64,000 nt of DNA from Vitrella brassicaformis CCMP3155 (lineage: Eukaryota > Protista > Chromerida), in contig CDMY01000271.1 in the NCBI GenBank assembly GCA_001179505.1, positions 62,001 to 126,000 on the forward strand, written 5' to 3'. Position numbers and translations under genes: made by a program. Below the pieces are notes generated by a model. The model worked only from the letters and a program-made list of their open reading frames with translations, did not search any database and had not been told where the DNA came from. Below are positions 12,164 to 24,247 of this stretch, piece after piece. Within the stretch, counting starts at the first letter, position 1, and every line of letters begins with the position of its first letter.

Positions 12164-13368
12164 CCTCGCCTGAGCCCGGCTGCCTCCTCGTCTGCCTGTC
12201 TGAGGTCTCTTGTCTGAGGTCTTTTGTGAGTTTGCCTGCCAATGACGATTTGGCCCGCAGTTTTTTTCTCTCCCCTTGTATGTGAGTGGCTGCGAGTTGG
12301 TGGGGAAGGCCACAAGGGGTCGGGTTCTTACTTGAAAATCTGTAAGCGGCGTTTTCCAGAGACAAGACATGTGCCTCGTCTTTCTTGGGATCCTTGTCAT
12401 ATATGTATGTCTACATAATTGTAAGACCTCTCTCCCTGTGCAGTCAGTGGTGTGTCGGATGCATTCACCCATATACACAGTTTTGACTGACTGGCGACTC
12501 TCTCGTGGCTGTATGTATGTATGTATGTGGGTCAATGCCAACGATATCTCTCTCTCTTCCAGCGATCTCCCTCCCGCCTGATCATTGCGTGTATGGCTGT
12601 AGGTGCATGCCTTCATGTGCATGTCTGTGATATTTATCCATCATCATGTGCCTGCCTGCCTGATGCACACGATGCACACGGTACACATTCATACGCTGCT
12701 GCCTCGTCTGCGACGTCACGATTTTATCCATCGGCTGCGAGTCTGCCTGAGTGCAATGTGTGTGTGGATGCGACATCACGCAACAGCGCACACCATTAGT
12801 GTCATGCATCTACACACCTGTCTGTCTGGCTAGCCTAGAAGGGACACACGGGGGGCTAGCCTGGACACATTCGTGTCGTTTTTATCCATCATGTGTCACG
12901 ATTGTGTCCATCGGCTGCCTTCCTGGCACTACACCATGGCTGCTTCCCCTCCCTGCCTGTCGTGGATGCGCTGCACGTCTTGTTCTCCAACGACATGTGT
13001 GGTGTTTGTTCCTTCGTGACACGGGGGGAGCTATCTTTTGTCCATCGCTGTGCGTCGTTGTCGCCCTCTTGCAGACACGCATGGTTACCGTCTGTCTGTC
13101 TGTCTGTCTTTCTGTCCATCCGTTTCGCACGACAACACGGGAAGGGGTGCTTTTTGCGCGCACACGCATCGGCACTCTCTCCAGGCTTCTCAAGTTCACA
13201 CAAACAAAGCACCTATCGACCCTTCGCCGTATGTGTCTGTCGGTCTGTCTGTCCGTCTTTGCATGTACGTGGGCAGGGGGTTGTTTTTCCACACGAACCG
13301 GGACGTGGGGTTCTAAATCAAGTTCACATAACAACGTGAGCCCGTTCCCAGATGTAAACGGAACTGAT

Positions 13369-13386
13369 CTGCAATCCGGATTGCAG
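13369..13386. promoter_or_regulatory. Perfect 18-bp palindrome 4 nt upstream of the TopoVIB-like ATG
   Basis: CTGCAATCCGGATTGCAG equals its own reverse complement. Regulatory function is inferred from position only. Confidence 0.5.
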
Positions 13387-13390
13387 CCAG

Positions 13391-16300
13391 ATGGATGGGT
13401 TGATGGATTCGGGCCCTCCCGGCCTATCCGGAGGCAACTTCTTCCTTGAAAGTGAGCACAGCACATCCATCCATCCATTCACCATGGTGTCCATGGCATT
13501 TGCTTGTCCGCTTATCTCTCCACCCGTGCAGACATGGCGCTGACGGGGTTCACTGCGGATGAGGGCGTGCTGATGACGGCCAAGGAGCTCGTCGACAATG
13601 CACTCGATGCCGTCAAGCGACTGCAGCCGCACGCACGGCAGTTCGAGTGCCAACACAAACAGCGTACGACGAACAAGGATGGATCAGGGCCGCTGCAGTG
13701 CCTCCGTGTGTGTGCTGTGTGTGCAGAGGTAGAGGTGTTGCTTGAGGATCACGGTTTGAATGATGAGGACCTGCTGCACCCCACCGATGGGCAGCGTTTC
13801 GTTGAGGTGGTGGTGAGGGACTCGGGCATAGGCCTCCAACACAACAACGTCGACCTCCTCGGTGCGTCGATCGGTGTGGGTGCATTGCACGACACGTGAG
13901 GCGAGAGAGCCCATCGGTGTTGTGTTTGTGCATGAATGCAGGCACGATATTCGGCAGCTCTTCGTCCGCACAGAATGCCGCCAATGACGCACTCAGCGTC
14001 GCCGGCAAATTCGGTCGGTACGCACACACGTCGGACACTCAGGGGTGACGTCCGATGCGCGTATGCAGGTGTTGGCCTGAAGATGGTGCTGCTGAACTCA
14101 CACATCCACGCAGACGGCACTGTGCGCATCAAAAGCAGACGTAAGGCGACACGGGGGAGGGGTGCAGCCACCGAACTCCTCGTACGTGTCTCGTCTGTCA
14201 GTGTCTTCGCGAGAGTTTTTCCACTTCTCGTTGTCTTACAGTGGCGACGACGGCGAGGTGACGGCCCAGCCAGCAGAGGATGCCATCGCAACCAACTTCC
14301 CATTCATGACTGAGTGAGCCCACCCCGACAGACCATTCTGGACGAGAGGTTCGATTGGTTCAGGTTTCGTGTGTGCATCGCCTACCCATCTGAGACACTG
14401 CTGCCGTCGATTCAGCGCCTCTGCAACTACCTACTGCTGGTAGGTACCAACGGGGCACGGCGTTCACAGATGTTGCTTACCAGTCGTTTCTTGGTGCGGG
14501 CATGATGTGTCAGGCCAAGGTGTGGCATCCTGAGCTGGAGCTGCGCCTGTGTGTGGAGTGCCAACACGTCGACATGCACCCCTTCACACTGGACACGACA
14601 CACCAACACCCACAGGAAGTCATCAGCTCACTCATCGGGTCAGAATCCTGCTCGTCCAGCGCACAACACAACATGGCCTTTTACCCATCTCCTTCTGCCC
14701 TTTGGTTGCAGTGTGGACGGTGCGGGCTCGTCTGGCAGTTCGTCGGTCGTGGTGCACCACACACATTTCGGTGCCACCTTCAAATGTGAGATGGTCGCAG
14801 TCCTGGACAAGAAGGCACCACAGGCGGGCCACCACGGCCAGCAGACCGCCGAGCAGGGTGAGGGTGACGAGGCCGACGACGACGCCACCCAGCATGAGGA
14901 GGCCGACGGCCCTCCTGAAGGCGACGAGCTGAGACGCGCAAGCGACGACCAGACATACAATGGGACCATACAGGTGAGAGAGAGCGGGACTGGCGCATTG
15001 GGATCGTCTACGGCTCTGATATCCTGTGTACGTGTCTGTGTGTTCAGCTGTATCGGAGTGTGAACGGGATGCCACTGTTGTCGAGTGAGGCGCTGTCATG
15101 CGGGCTGACGTCCCTGATGGGCGGCTTCCTCCGGAGAGAGGGCGAGCAGTACGGCATCACACTCAACAACACGCACAACAATACCACAATCGCACAAGCC
15201 AACCAGGATGACTCTCAGGGGTAGGGGAGGAGAGAACGAACGAACGAAAGAAAATATCGATATGATTGGATACAAGGAAACCAGGCCATCCGTCTGTGTG
15301 TGGGATTTGTGCACAGTGGCATGCTTGGGGGCGTGGAGTGCGTGACGTTCACCATCGCAAAGAAGACAGACGACTGGACGCGGCTGCGAGTGGTGGGGTG
15401 CTGGCCAACACAATACTACAAGGATTCGTCTGACACATTTGCACTCTGTGTGTGTGTGGTGTGTGTCGTGCGTCGTGTCGTCAGTTTGTGAATGTGAGCG
15501 GTGCGTCGATGGAGTTCGGTTCGTTTCAGAAGTCTTTTGTCAAGGCATCCCACCACCTGGAGACGGCCGTGCTGCAGTGCACAAGGGCCATCTTCAAGGC
15601 ACTCAGACACAAATGCCCCGACGCGTTCCAATGCGACGAGGAACGACGGGTGAGAACGCACACACAGATCCACCGACAAGAGGTGCCTGCAGGTGAGCAT
15701 CGCTCTCCTTCTTGGTGTCTCTTTGTGCAGTATGAGGCGGCCAGGACGATTTTCCTGCCCGTCATGTCCAGCAACCTGTGCGACATCGTATTCAGAAGTG
15801 AGCCAGACGCGCAAGGCACAGACGAGACATGAGCCCTGTGCTGCCTTGCCCTTCTTCTTGTTCAGGTCAGAATGGTGCGTTCCGCGATGAGGTGCTGTCG
15901 CTGTTGTCACTCGCAATGCAACGAATGGGTAAGTGAGATACGCTCTCCCTCTGGACCCACACGCCTCCTTGTGGTTCTCAGAGGCCTCGGCGCAGCTTGC
16001 AGACGCCCCTGACGCCGCTGCGGGTGCTGCTGGTGATGGTGGTCCCCCCGACTCCCAAGCCACCATCCGCGTCGACTCGCAGCAGCATCAGGAGCATGAG
16101 GCACCACCACCACCACCACCACCCCTCTCCCGCCCCCAGGCCGAATCCATCCTCACAGCCCTGCTGCAGAAACGGCTCGACCGACTCAGCGGCGGCCCCA
16201 ACGGCGCCAAGGCCAAGAGCAAAAAGAAGAAGAGGCGCAGGGCGGCGGGTGCTGGTGTGGCGGGTGGTGGTGTGAGGGCGAAGGCCAAGGCCAAGAGGGC

Positions 16301-16576
16301 GCCGGCACCGCGGGCTGCACGTGACATGGATGACACGCTGAGGGAGGAGGACGGTGGCCCGGAGGAGGGAGAGGGAGAGGGAGGCGAGGGGGAGGGGGAG
16401 GACGAGCAGCAAGACGACGATGCCAACATGCAAGACACGTACGGACGCCTACCCCCGCAGCGTGGCCTGCAGCATCATGGGTGTGGTGTGTGAGAGTGTG
16501 TTTGTATTTTTGCAGGTATGATGAGGAGATGGGCGGTGGTGGCTCGCCGTACGAGGACCTCATCGAAGGGTGGTGA
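13391..16576 (+). CDS. TOP6B: Topoisomerase VI subunit B-like protein (GHKL ATPase + transducer, no H2TH evident, acidic tail)
   Basis: Spliced N-terminus SGGNFFLENMALTGFTADEGVLMTAKELVDNALDA matches SPAEFF..N..LAGF...RELIENSLDA. Also DSGIG (G1) and GKFGVGLKMVLL (plant TOP6B GKFGLGAKMAL), transducer LYRSVNGMPLL and EQYGI, switch-loop-like EFGSFQKSF, and stalk FLPVMSSNLCDIV. Confidence 0.85.
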
Positions 16577-16781
16577 CTGACTGACTGACTGATTCAACCA
16601 TCCCAGCATGTGTATTTGTACGCGACTGACTGAGTGAGCGGATGAATGCGTGCATTGAGGACCATCATCGCATTAGTGACATGATCAAAGAGCGGCTGCA
16701 CCGCGCACGTCTCAAAAATCGCGTCCTATTCACCCATCCACCACCACAACTGCCTCGACATTTGTCTGCCTGCCTGTGTGC

Positions 16782-17081
16782 NNNNNNNNNNNNNNNNNNN
16801 NNNNNNNNNNNNNNNNNNNNNNNNNNNNNNNNNNNNNNNNNNNNNNNNNNNNNNNNNNNNNNNNNNNNNNNNNNNNNNNNNNNNNNNNNNNNNNNNNNNN
16901 NNNNNNNNNNNNNNNNNNNNNNNNNNNNNNNNNNNNNNNNNNNNNNNNNNNNNNNNNNNNNNNNNNNNNNNNNNNNNNNNNNNNNNNNNNNNNNNNNNNN
17001 NNNNNNNNNNNNNNNNNNNNNNNNNNNNNNNNNNNNNNNNNNNNNNNNNNNNNNNNNNNNNNNNNNNNNNNNNNNNNNNNN
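16782..17081. other. Assembly gap (300 N)
   Basis: N run followed by a poly-C tract. Confidence 0.95.
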
Positions 17082-17319
17082 CCCCCCCCCCCCCCCCAGC
17101 CCACGAGAAAAGCGCATGAAGGCTCGTACATCAGAATGTATGTATCCACCCGTCGATAAATTTAAACACCTAGCTACCAGTGCATGCCACGCCACACGCC
17201 ATGCCATGCCGCCCCGTCTGTACAAGTATGCAGCACGCGCTGCATCCACCCATCCATCCATCCATCCCTCCATCCATCCGTTGAAAGCTACATATTCATT
17301 CACCCACTCATCTGTCTAC

Positions 17320-19016
17320 CTACGCCTCCCCAGCTGACACTGGTTGTGTCTGCCTCTCGCTCGCCTTCTCTACTCGCGGCACCTCCTCCTTGCCGCCGCT
17401 GCTGCTGCTGCTACTGCTGGTGGTGGTGGTGTCAGCTGCCATCGTGGTTGCCTCAGGGGGCACCAGTGCCGCCCCGGCAGCGGCCCGCCCGTTGACAGAG
17501 ATGTCCCCCAGTATCTCATCGTCCTCTCGCGGCCGCCTGGATGCCCGCGGCGGCACTGCATGCGTCTGCGCGTCCTTGAGGAGGTCCTCCCAGCTCATGT
17601 TGAGTATGTCCGACACGTCCGGTGTGGGCAGCATGTTCTTGAGCTCCTCTGGTATGATGTCGTCGAGCTTGATGTCATACTCGATGGGGTTGCTCTTGAA
17701 GTACTGCTTGAGGGACCAGCTGATGGCCGTGACCAAGACGTTGCTGGCAATCCAGTAGATGACCAGGGCACTCGGTACCGACAGGGCGAAGTAGCCGATG
17801 AGGAAGGGAAGGTACTTGAGCAGCTCCTGCACACGTTTCGACTGCTCGTCCTCGGCCGGTGGCGTCAGGATGGCCTGCGAGATGTACTGCGAGATGACAT
17901 AGATGACGGGGACGGTCAGGTAGAGCAGCGTTGCCTCCCATCCGAGCGGAGGATTGGAGCCGTCCCAGCCAGTGGTGAGCCAGTTGAGTGCCTGTGCGGG
18001 GTCGGCACCGAATGTGGGGCCCTCGAGGTTGGGGATCCAGAGGAAGCTCTCGCTGAGCTGGCCGTCCTTGGCGAGATTGGACAGGCTGCGATAGAGGCCC
18101 AGGAAAATGGGAATCTGCACGAAGGCCGGCAGGATGGAAGCCAGGGGGTTGACCTTGGCCTCCTGGTACAGCTGCGCCGTCAGGAGGGTCTGGATCTGCT
18201 GGTTCTTGCCGAAGCGCTTCTTGATCTCCTGCACCACCGGGTTGAGGGCCTGGATCTTCTGCGTGCCCTGCATCTGGTTCCACGTTATGGGGAAGACGAA
18301 GATGCGGATCAGCACGGTGAAGACGATGATGGCCCAGCCGAACTGGGGAATGCCTGCACACAACACGCGACAGGCAGGAGAGTGAGAGGAGACATCGAGA
18401 TATCCCTGGAGCCGCCGTGCTTGCTTCCCCTATCCCCTGTGCACTTGCTGACCGAATTTGTCTTCCATGACGTGGTGCACTTGATAGATCATATTCTCCA
18501 GGAAGCTCACGTAGTTGTCCCACCATCCCGGCTCCTTGGCCACCTCCTCAGTGACGGTCTGGACTGCCTGTCCGACGGCCTCCCCTCCCTCCCCGGCAGC
18601 CTGGGCCACACCCTGCAGCACCTCCATGACGGGCCCGAACCCACCGGCTGACACGGGTGGCGACGGGATGAACGACAGGGCGGCGGGGAGGAGGGCTGAC
18701 AGGGTGGTGGGATCCAGCATGCGCGGAGAGGGGCGAGACCGACGCAATGGTGGACGAGAGGCCTGCAACGACCGCACATAATGGTTTGCCATCAGGCCTC
18801 ACGGATCCTGTCGTGTCCATTCTACCTGCAGCCTGTTCACGGCGGTGAACGCTGAAGTCCTCGCGAAGCCAGCCTGAATACACCAGACAGCATGCACGGT
18901 CATGCTCCTTCCGTGATCTCTGTGTGCATGAGGATGCTCTTGCTCACGGCATAGTGGTTGAGGCCGATGCAGAGAGCCAGCGCAGCGGCGAGCCACTGCC
19001 TCCGATGATACCTCAT
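17320..19016 (-). CDS. ALB3: Plastid YidC/Oxa1/ALB3 membrane insertase with bipartite targeting presequence
   Basis: GWAIIVFTVLIRIFVFPITWNQ..IQALNP..IKKRF, VNPLASILPAFVQIPIFLGLYRSL, FLWIPNLEGP and ALVIYWIASN. Extra 5' exons 19016-18948 and 18873-18826 encode MRYHRRQWLAAALALCIGLNHYAAGFARTSAF. Confidence 0.93.
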
Positions 19017-19068
19017 CCTCTGAACACTGCTGTTGCGTAGTCAACGCCAGATCTGCGCAACGATCCCT

Positions 19069-19085
19069 CGAGCTTAGCTCGCAAG
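19069..19085. promoter_or_regulatory. Shared divergent-promoter motif AGCTCGCAA overlapping palindrome CGAGCT-T-AGCTCG
   Basis: The same 9-mer occurs in the divergent gaps at 26559, 53930 (reverse) and 61592. Confidence 0.5.
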
Positions 19086-19240
19086 TCAAGCTTGCAAACT
19101 CAGTCTCGAACTTAAAACCCTTCCTGCAGTCACAACTGCAAGGTAAAGCTGCAGCAACGTGCATTCGCCTCCATTTGTTTCCTTTTATCTGCAGGTTTTT
19201 CGTTCATTCCATCACAAGTGTTGCAGTGTGACTCACAAGC

Positions 19241-22200
19241 ATGAGCAGCGGCGGTCCATCGTCGGGCCTTCGTGGCCCTGAGGGCGAGGGCGGGAGTGTG
19301 CGGATGGAGTTCGACGGCGATGACATCCCCCCCTTCGCCAACGAGAGCAACAAGCGGCTGGATGCGGCCATCAAGCAGAAGAAGGCGCGGCTGGTGGACA
19401 TGGAGGAGCAGATCACGGAGGTCACCGAGAGGGTCCAGACCATGACCAGCCACCTCAAGAATGTGCAGCAGGAATGCCAGCACACACAGGCCCTCGTCGA
19501 GGCCAAGAACAAGGAGATAGAGACGGAGGAGCATATGACACATCTCGCCAAGAGGCAGGCCGCCCGTCTCGGTGCCGAGTTGAAGCGATTGGAGGGGCTC
19601 ATGGAAGAGTACCAGGTCAGCAAGACAGCCATGACAACGCATAGCATATGTATTGCTGCGGTATGATTGTCTTTTATCTTTCTATCTTTGTTGGTTGTGT
19701 GTGTCCACAGGACCGGATGAATACGAACCAGAATGAGATCTTCAAGGGCAACGAGAAGCTGGACCAGTTCAAACTGGAGATGAACTGGAACCAGGAAGAA
19801 CTCGAGCAGTGGGCAGTCGCCGCTAGACAGAAAGAGGTCAGCAAGCATAGCATCTGTACCAAACACACCAGTGGGAGACACGAATGTTGTATCGATGCTT
19901 GATGTCCTGGCGTGTGCAGGAGGACAATCTGACGATGGACAAGTACCACCGTGCAGACGAGCAGAAGATCCGCGACCTCAACCTGGCGGTGCAGAAACTC
20001 ACGGTCGGTGCGCCCGAATATAATACTGCAGCGGAGACACCAGTGAGTGACATATGAAGACGCTTGGCTTCCTGTCCTGTCTGTGTGTGCAGATGGAGGC
20101 CAGTGAGAAGAAGGACGAGTTGGAGAAGGAGGTGACGGAGACACAGGCAGCACAGATTGAGCTGGAACGCACTGCCGAGCAGTTCAAGAAGCTGCACATC
20201 GACCGACACGCACTCATCAAACAATGGTCAGTCATGCAAGCATGGCAACCATCGATTCTCCCCTGACGCCGCGCTTGTTGTTGTGTGTGTCAGGGAGGAT
20301 GCGGTGACGGCCATGCGGAAGCGAGACGAGGCAATCCGCCAGGCTGGGGAACACTATGCAGCCCTCCAGAATGACATCAAAGTGCAGCAGCAGAAGCTCG
20401 GTGAGGATATATCGGTGAAGCCGTCCACATCTCCCTGTGCATACATACATGTCTTGATTGGCCTGTCAGGCAAAGCCAAGGCGTTTTTGGCTCAGGAGCG
20501 AGCCACCAACGATCAAGTGGAGACAGAGATTGGCAACACCGACAGACAACTCGTAAGGCAAATTTCTGCACCAAGACGAGAGAGAGGAGAGAGGCGCTAT
20601 TCTCACATGTATGTGACTCTGTCAGGCTAAGCTCCGTCTTGAGTACATGGATTCCAAGAATGGCCTCGTTGAGTTCAAAGACGAGGTAGGTCACAATACG
20701 CAGACACATCCGGAGCTCTTGTTTCCAGGTGCAATATCTCTCATCTGTATCAGGTGGAGGTCCTTCGCAATCAGCTGGCCGGCGCTGCGACAGAGCTGAC
20801 GAACCGCAAGAACAAGCTGGCCAGCGTCACTGAGACACTCGAAGAGAAGAAGAAAAAGTGGGGCGTGCTGCAGAAGAAGGTCGAGACCACAAACAAGAAA
20901 CTGGAAAACGAAATCAAGACAGCCGCCGACAAAGAGTCATACGCCAGAGAGGTCAGCGAGCCAGTCAAACGCACCTGGCCGTACGGCTTGTACGCGTGTG
21001 TGCCCGTCGTGTCTCAGGCTGAGGCACTGCACGCGGAGATGGACTACCGAATGCTTGAAGCAGAGAAGGAGCTCAAGAAAGTCAAAGAAGAGCTCTTCAA
21101 ACAAAATTCGGTGAGCCCTTGAGTCGCAACCGATAAGTCAACACACTGACGTATGCTCTCCTCACCTCAGGAGCTGTATGCGCTCAGAAACGAAGAGGCC
21201 ACCACTCTGGGCGAAATTTCAGGCGCACAGTCGTCCCTCAAGACACTCTCAGTAATCCATTCATTCTGGCACACATCTGTCTGTTTGTTTGTCTCATTCA
21301 GTTCCAGATCCACAAGCTGGACCAGGAGCGGCAGCGTCAGCAGGAGTTGCTTTATGCCGTCGACTTCCAGTCGCAGCTCATGCAGCGCAAGGTCGCTAGG
21401 GTGTCGGGGGAGCGCACATTCGAGGAAAAGGAGGAACTCAACAAAAAGATCGACCAACTCGAAAAGGTACGTACATGGGCACGGACACTCTATTCCCGAG
21501 CATCGCGTGACGTCTATTCTCTTGTTTGTGTGTTGCCAGCAATTGGAGGAGCAGGCGGGTCTCTGGCAGATCCTCAGCACACAAATCAAACGAGTTGACG
21601 CAGAACTCAGGTGCGTGTGGCTGCGATTGACCACAGAAAGAGTGCGTCTCATGAGATGCTTGTCTTCCTCCGTGCTGCTCAGGCAGAGTCGGCGTGACAT
21701 CGCCGCCGTGACCAAAGACGGCGAGGGCCTCAAGACCGTCCTCGATGAGATGAACCTGGAGAGCAAGTCGCTCAAGAGGGCGTTGCAGAACGCCCAGAAG
21801 GAGAGGGCTGATCTGCTGGTCACACACGACCTCCTCAAGCTGGATGTCAACCGTCTCCGCGAGTCCCTCAACGCACAGTCGGAGGAAGTCTTCGCACTCG
21901 AAAACAAAAAGTTCCAGCTCCAAATGACGTAAGCATGGGCCGAGAATACGATTGGAGCGGGCAATATCTATCGTGTCTCTTCCTTAGCATGGAGGAGCGC
22001 GAGAAAAAGGTCGAAGTCCACCAGGAAATTCTCAGAGCACAACAGGTGACAGAGGCAGCAATACGTGATCCTTGACACGCAGTAACTCGCCCTTTTCTCT
22101 TTGTGTGTCAGTGTTCAGCTGAGGAGGAGAAGTCGAAGATCGCCAAGGAGCTGGGGGAGCGCCGCAGCAAGATCAACATCCTCAAGTCCAAGTACGAGTC

Positions 22201-23525
22201 GGTCATGGCGAGAATGAAAAAGGAGGAGGGCGAGGAACACTCACAGGCCTACTTCATCATCAAAGCCGCCCAGGAGCAGGAGGAGCTGCAGCGACAGGGA
22301 GACGAGCTGGACGCACAGATACGGCGACAAGAGAAGGAAATCCGCGCCCTCGAGAACACCCTGGGACACCTCCTCGAGCGCAATCACAGATTCAAAGACA
22401 ACTTCAAAAAGGTCCCTCCCCAAGTGCCGTCAGTCATTCGTGCCAGCAAAGTGACCTCCCTCTCCCCCTTGTCGCTTCCAGGCGGACGCGGCGGTGCACG
22501 CTGAGGCGGACGAGAAGAAGCAGCTGGAGAAAGAGGTGCGTTCCGCCAACGAGCAGCTGTTCGAGAAGAAGCGGACATTGAATGAGATCGAGAAGGAGTA
22601 CGACGAGGACGAGAGGCGGCTGTATGAGCTCAAGAAACACAAGGAGAGAATACAGCTCACTCTGCAGGTAGGAGGGAGGGTGGGACACACATACATGCAG
22701 CCGTCACTTGTGGGTGCGATTCTGTGTCTGCCTGCAGGAGTTGAGTCACAGCAAGAATGTGCTCGAGAAGGAGTTGGCGGACCAGGAGGACAAGATCGAC
22801 AGGGCATTCAAGTCCATGCAGCAGAGGAGAAGGGCAGCCAAGGAGGCTGGCAAAATGGTAGGTAGCAGAGTCAGCAGAAATGCCTTCCGTGGCACTGCGT
22901 CTCGTGTCTCCTGTCGTGATCTGCGCAGAGTGACGCGACTGAGCAAGCACACAGCTCCTTGGAGCTCGACGCTCAGGTACTTTTCTGCAGGTGTTGGTCG
23001 CGAGTGTGACTGACTGATATTCTTCTCAAACCTCTCTCACCGCTTGGCAGTCTGTCGTCCTCAAAGACCAGAACCAGGCCATTCTCCATGCTATCGCGTA
23101 AGAGACACGCACGCGGGGAGAGACTGCTCTGACAAGAAGAGCAGATTGTCGTTGTGCATATGTCTGTGCCCAGGACCTGCCTGCAAGAGCAGCCTGACAC
23201 GCTGCACTTCGTCCAACAAATCGCGCAGCAGAGAGGCTTGCATCTTCCCTCAAGGGCGCCCTCCGCGACACCGTCACAAGGATCAGTCCGGTAGGCGTGA
23301 CTCGCCACGGAAAGAGCACGGTGTGACATACATACCTTTCCTGCTGGCAAATGAACAATAAATAGGAATGGCGATCCTGGCCGAGGGGCGGCCAGACCTG
23401 GCTCCGCTGGGTGAGTTCTCAAAGTCCGACCGAAGATGGAGGAGGCCACATTCACGCCCGGGCTGCTGCTCTGTGTGTGTGTGTGTGTCTGCAGGAGCCA
23501 GGGTGCCATCAATGTTGGTGGATAA
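19241..23525 (+). CDS. CCDC39: Coiled-coil domain-containing protein 39 (axonemal 96-nm ruler, FAP59)
   Basis: IPPFANESNKRL.., NEIFKGNEKLDQFKLEMNWNQEELEQWAVAARQKEEDNL, ELLYAVDFQSQLMQRKVAR..GER and QAYFIIKAAQEQEELQRQGDELDAQI..E.EIRALENTL. Many short introns. Confidence 0.95.
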
Positions 23526-23965
23526 GCTACGGTAGTTTGCGTATTTTTGTTTGTTCAGCGTCTGTCGATAGGGTGGGCCAACGATTGCGTGCGCTGGCCC
23601 GTGGGTCGGGTGGCTGTCTGGTGCTGACTGACTGACCAACTGAGTTCCATTAAAATTGCCTCTCGCGTGTCCCTCCCATTCATTGTCTGTCTGCGGAAGC
23701 ACCAACCAAGCCGACATATGTACCGACTGAACTGACACGAACAAATAAACAGAAGTGTCAGTGAGTGATGCATCTCCGTGCAAAACACCACACCCATGTA
23801 GGATGTGTGTGCAACCAACATACACAAAAAGACAACTACTTACTGGCAAGGCAAGATAATAAGGCATATAGCTGCCTTCCGAAAATCAGACAATTGATGG
23901 ATGACACAGATCGCATCGTATACCATCCTCACCCCCACCCCCCAAACCCCGAGCACCACTCGCCA

Positions 23966-24208
23966 TCAGACCTTTGGCGGCTGTGGGTCATTGTTGATGG
24001 GGGACTGCGTTCCCGTCTCAGTTGACGTGTCGCCGTTGTTCTCATCCACTGGGCCCTTCCCCTTCGGCAGCAGAAGCTCGTCAGGCATCTTGCAGTGACG
24101 CTCTCCGTACTCGAAGAGGTAAACCGTCATGCACAGGAGCCCCATCAAACAACACACTGTCGACGTCAGCGCCAGGCCACCAAACTGGGATGGCTGCAAC
24201 AGCCATCG

Positions 24209-24247
<39 letters not shown>

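Noticed and set aside
13184-13316. SPGLFFHTNRDVGF, resembling the Top6B N-terminal SPAEFF..N..GF motif
   Set aside because: It ends in a stop and cannot be spliced canonically to 13532; exon 13391-13451 gives an in-phase, better-spaced match.
17344-18651. 435-aa plus-strand ORF
   Set aside because: Antisense shadow of GC-rich ALB3 coding sequence; no recognisable content.
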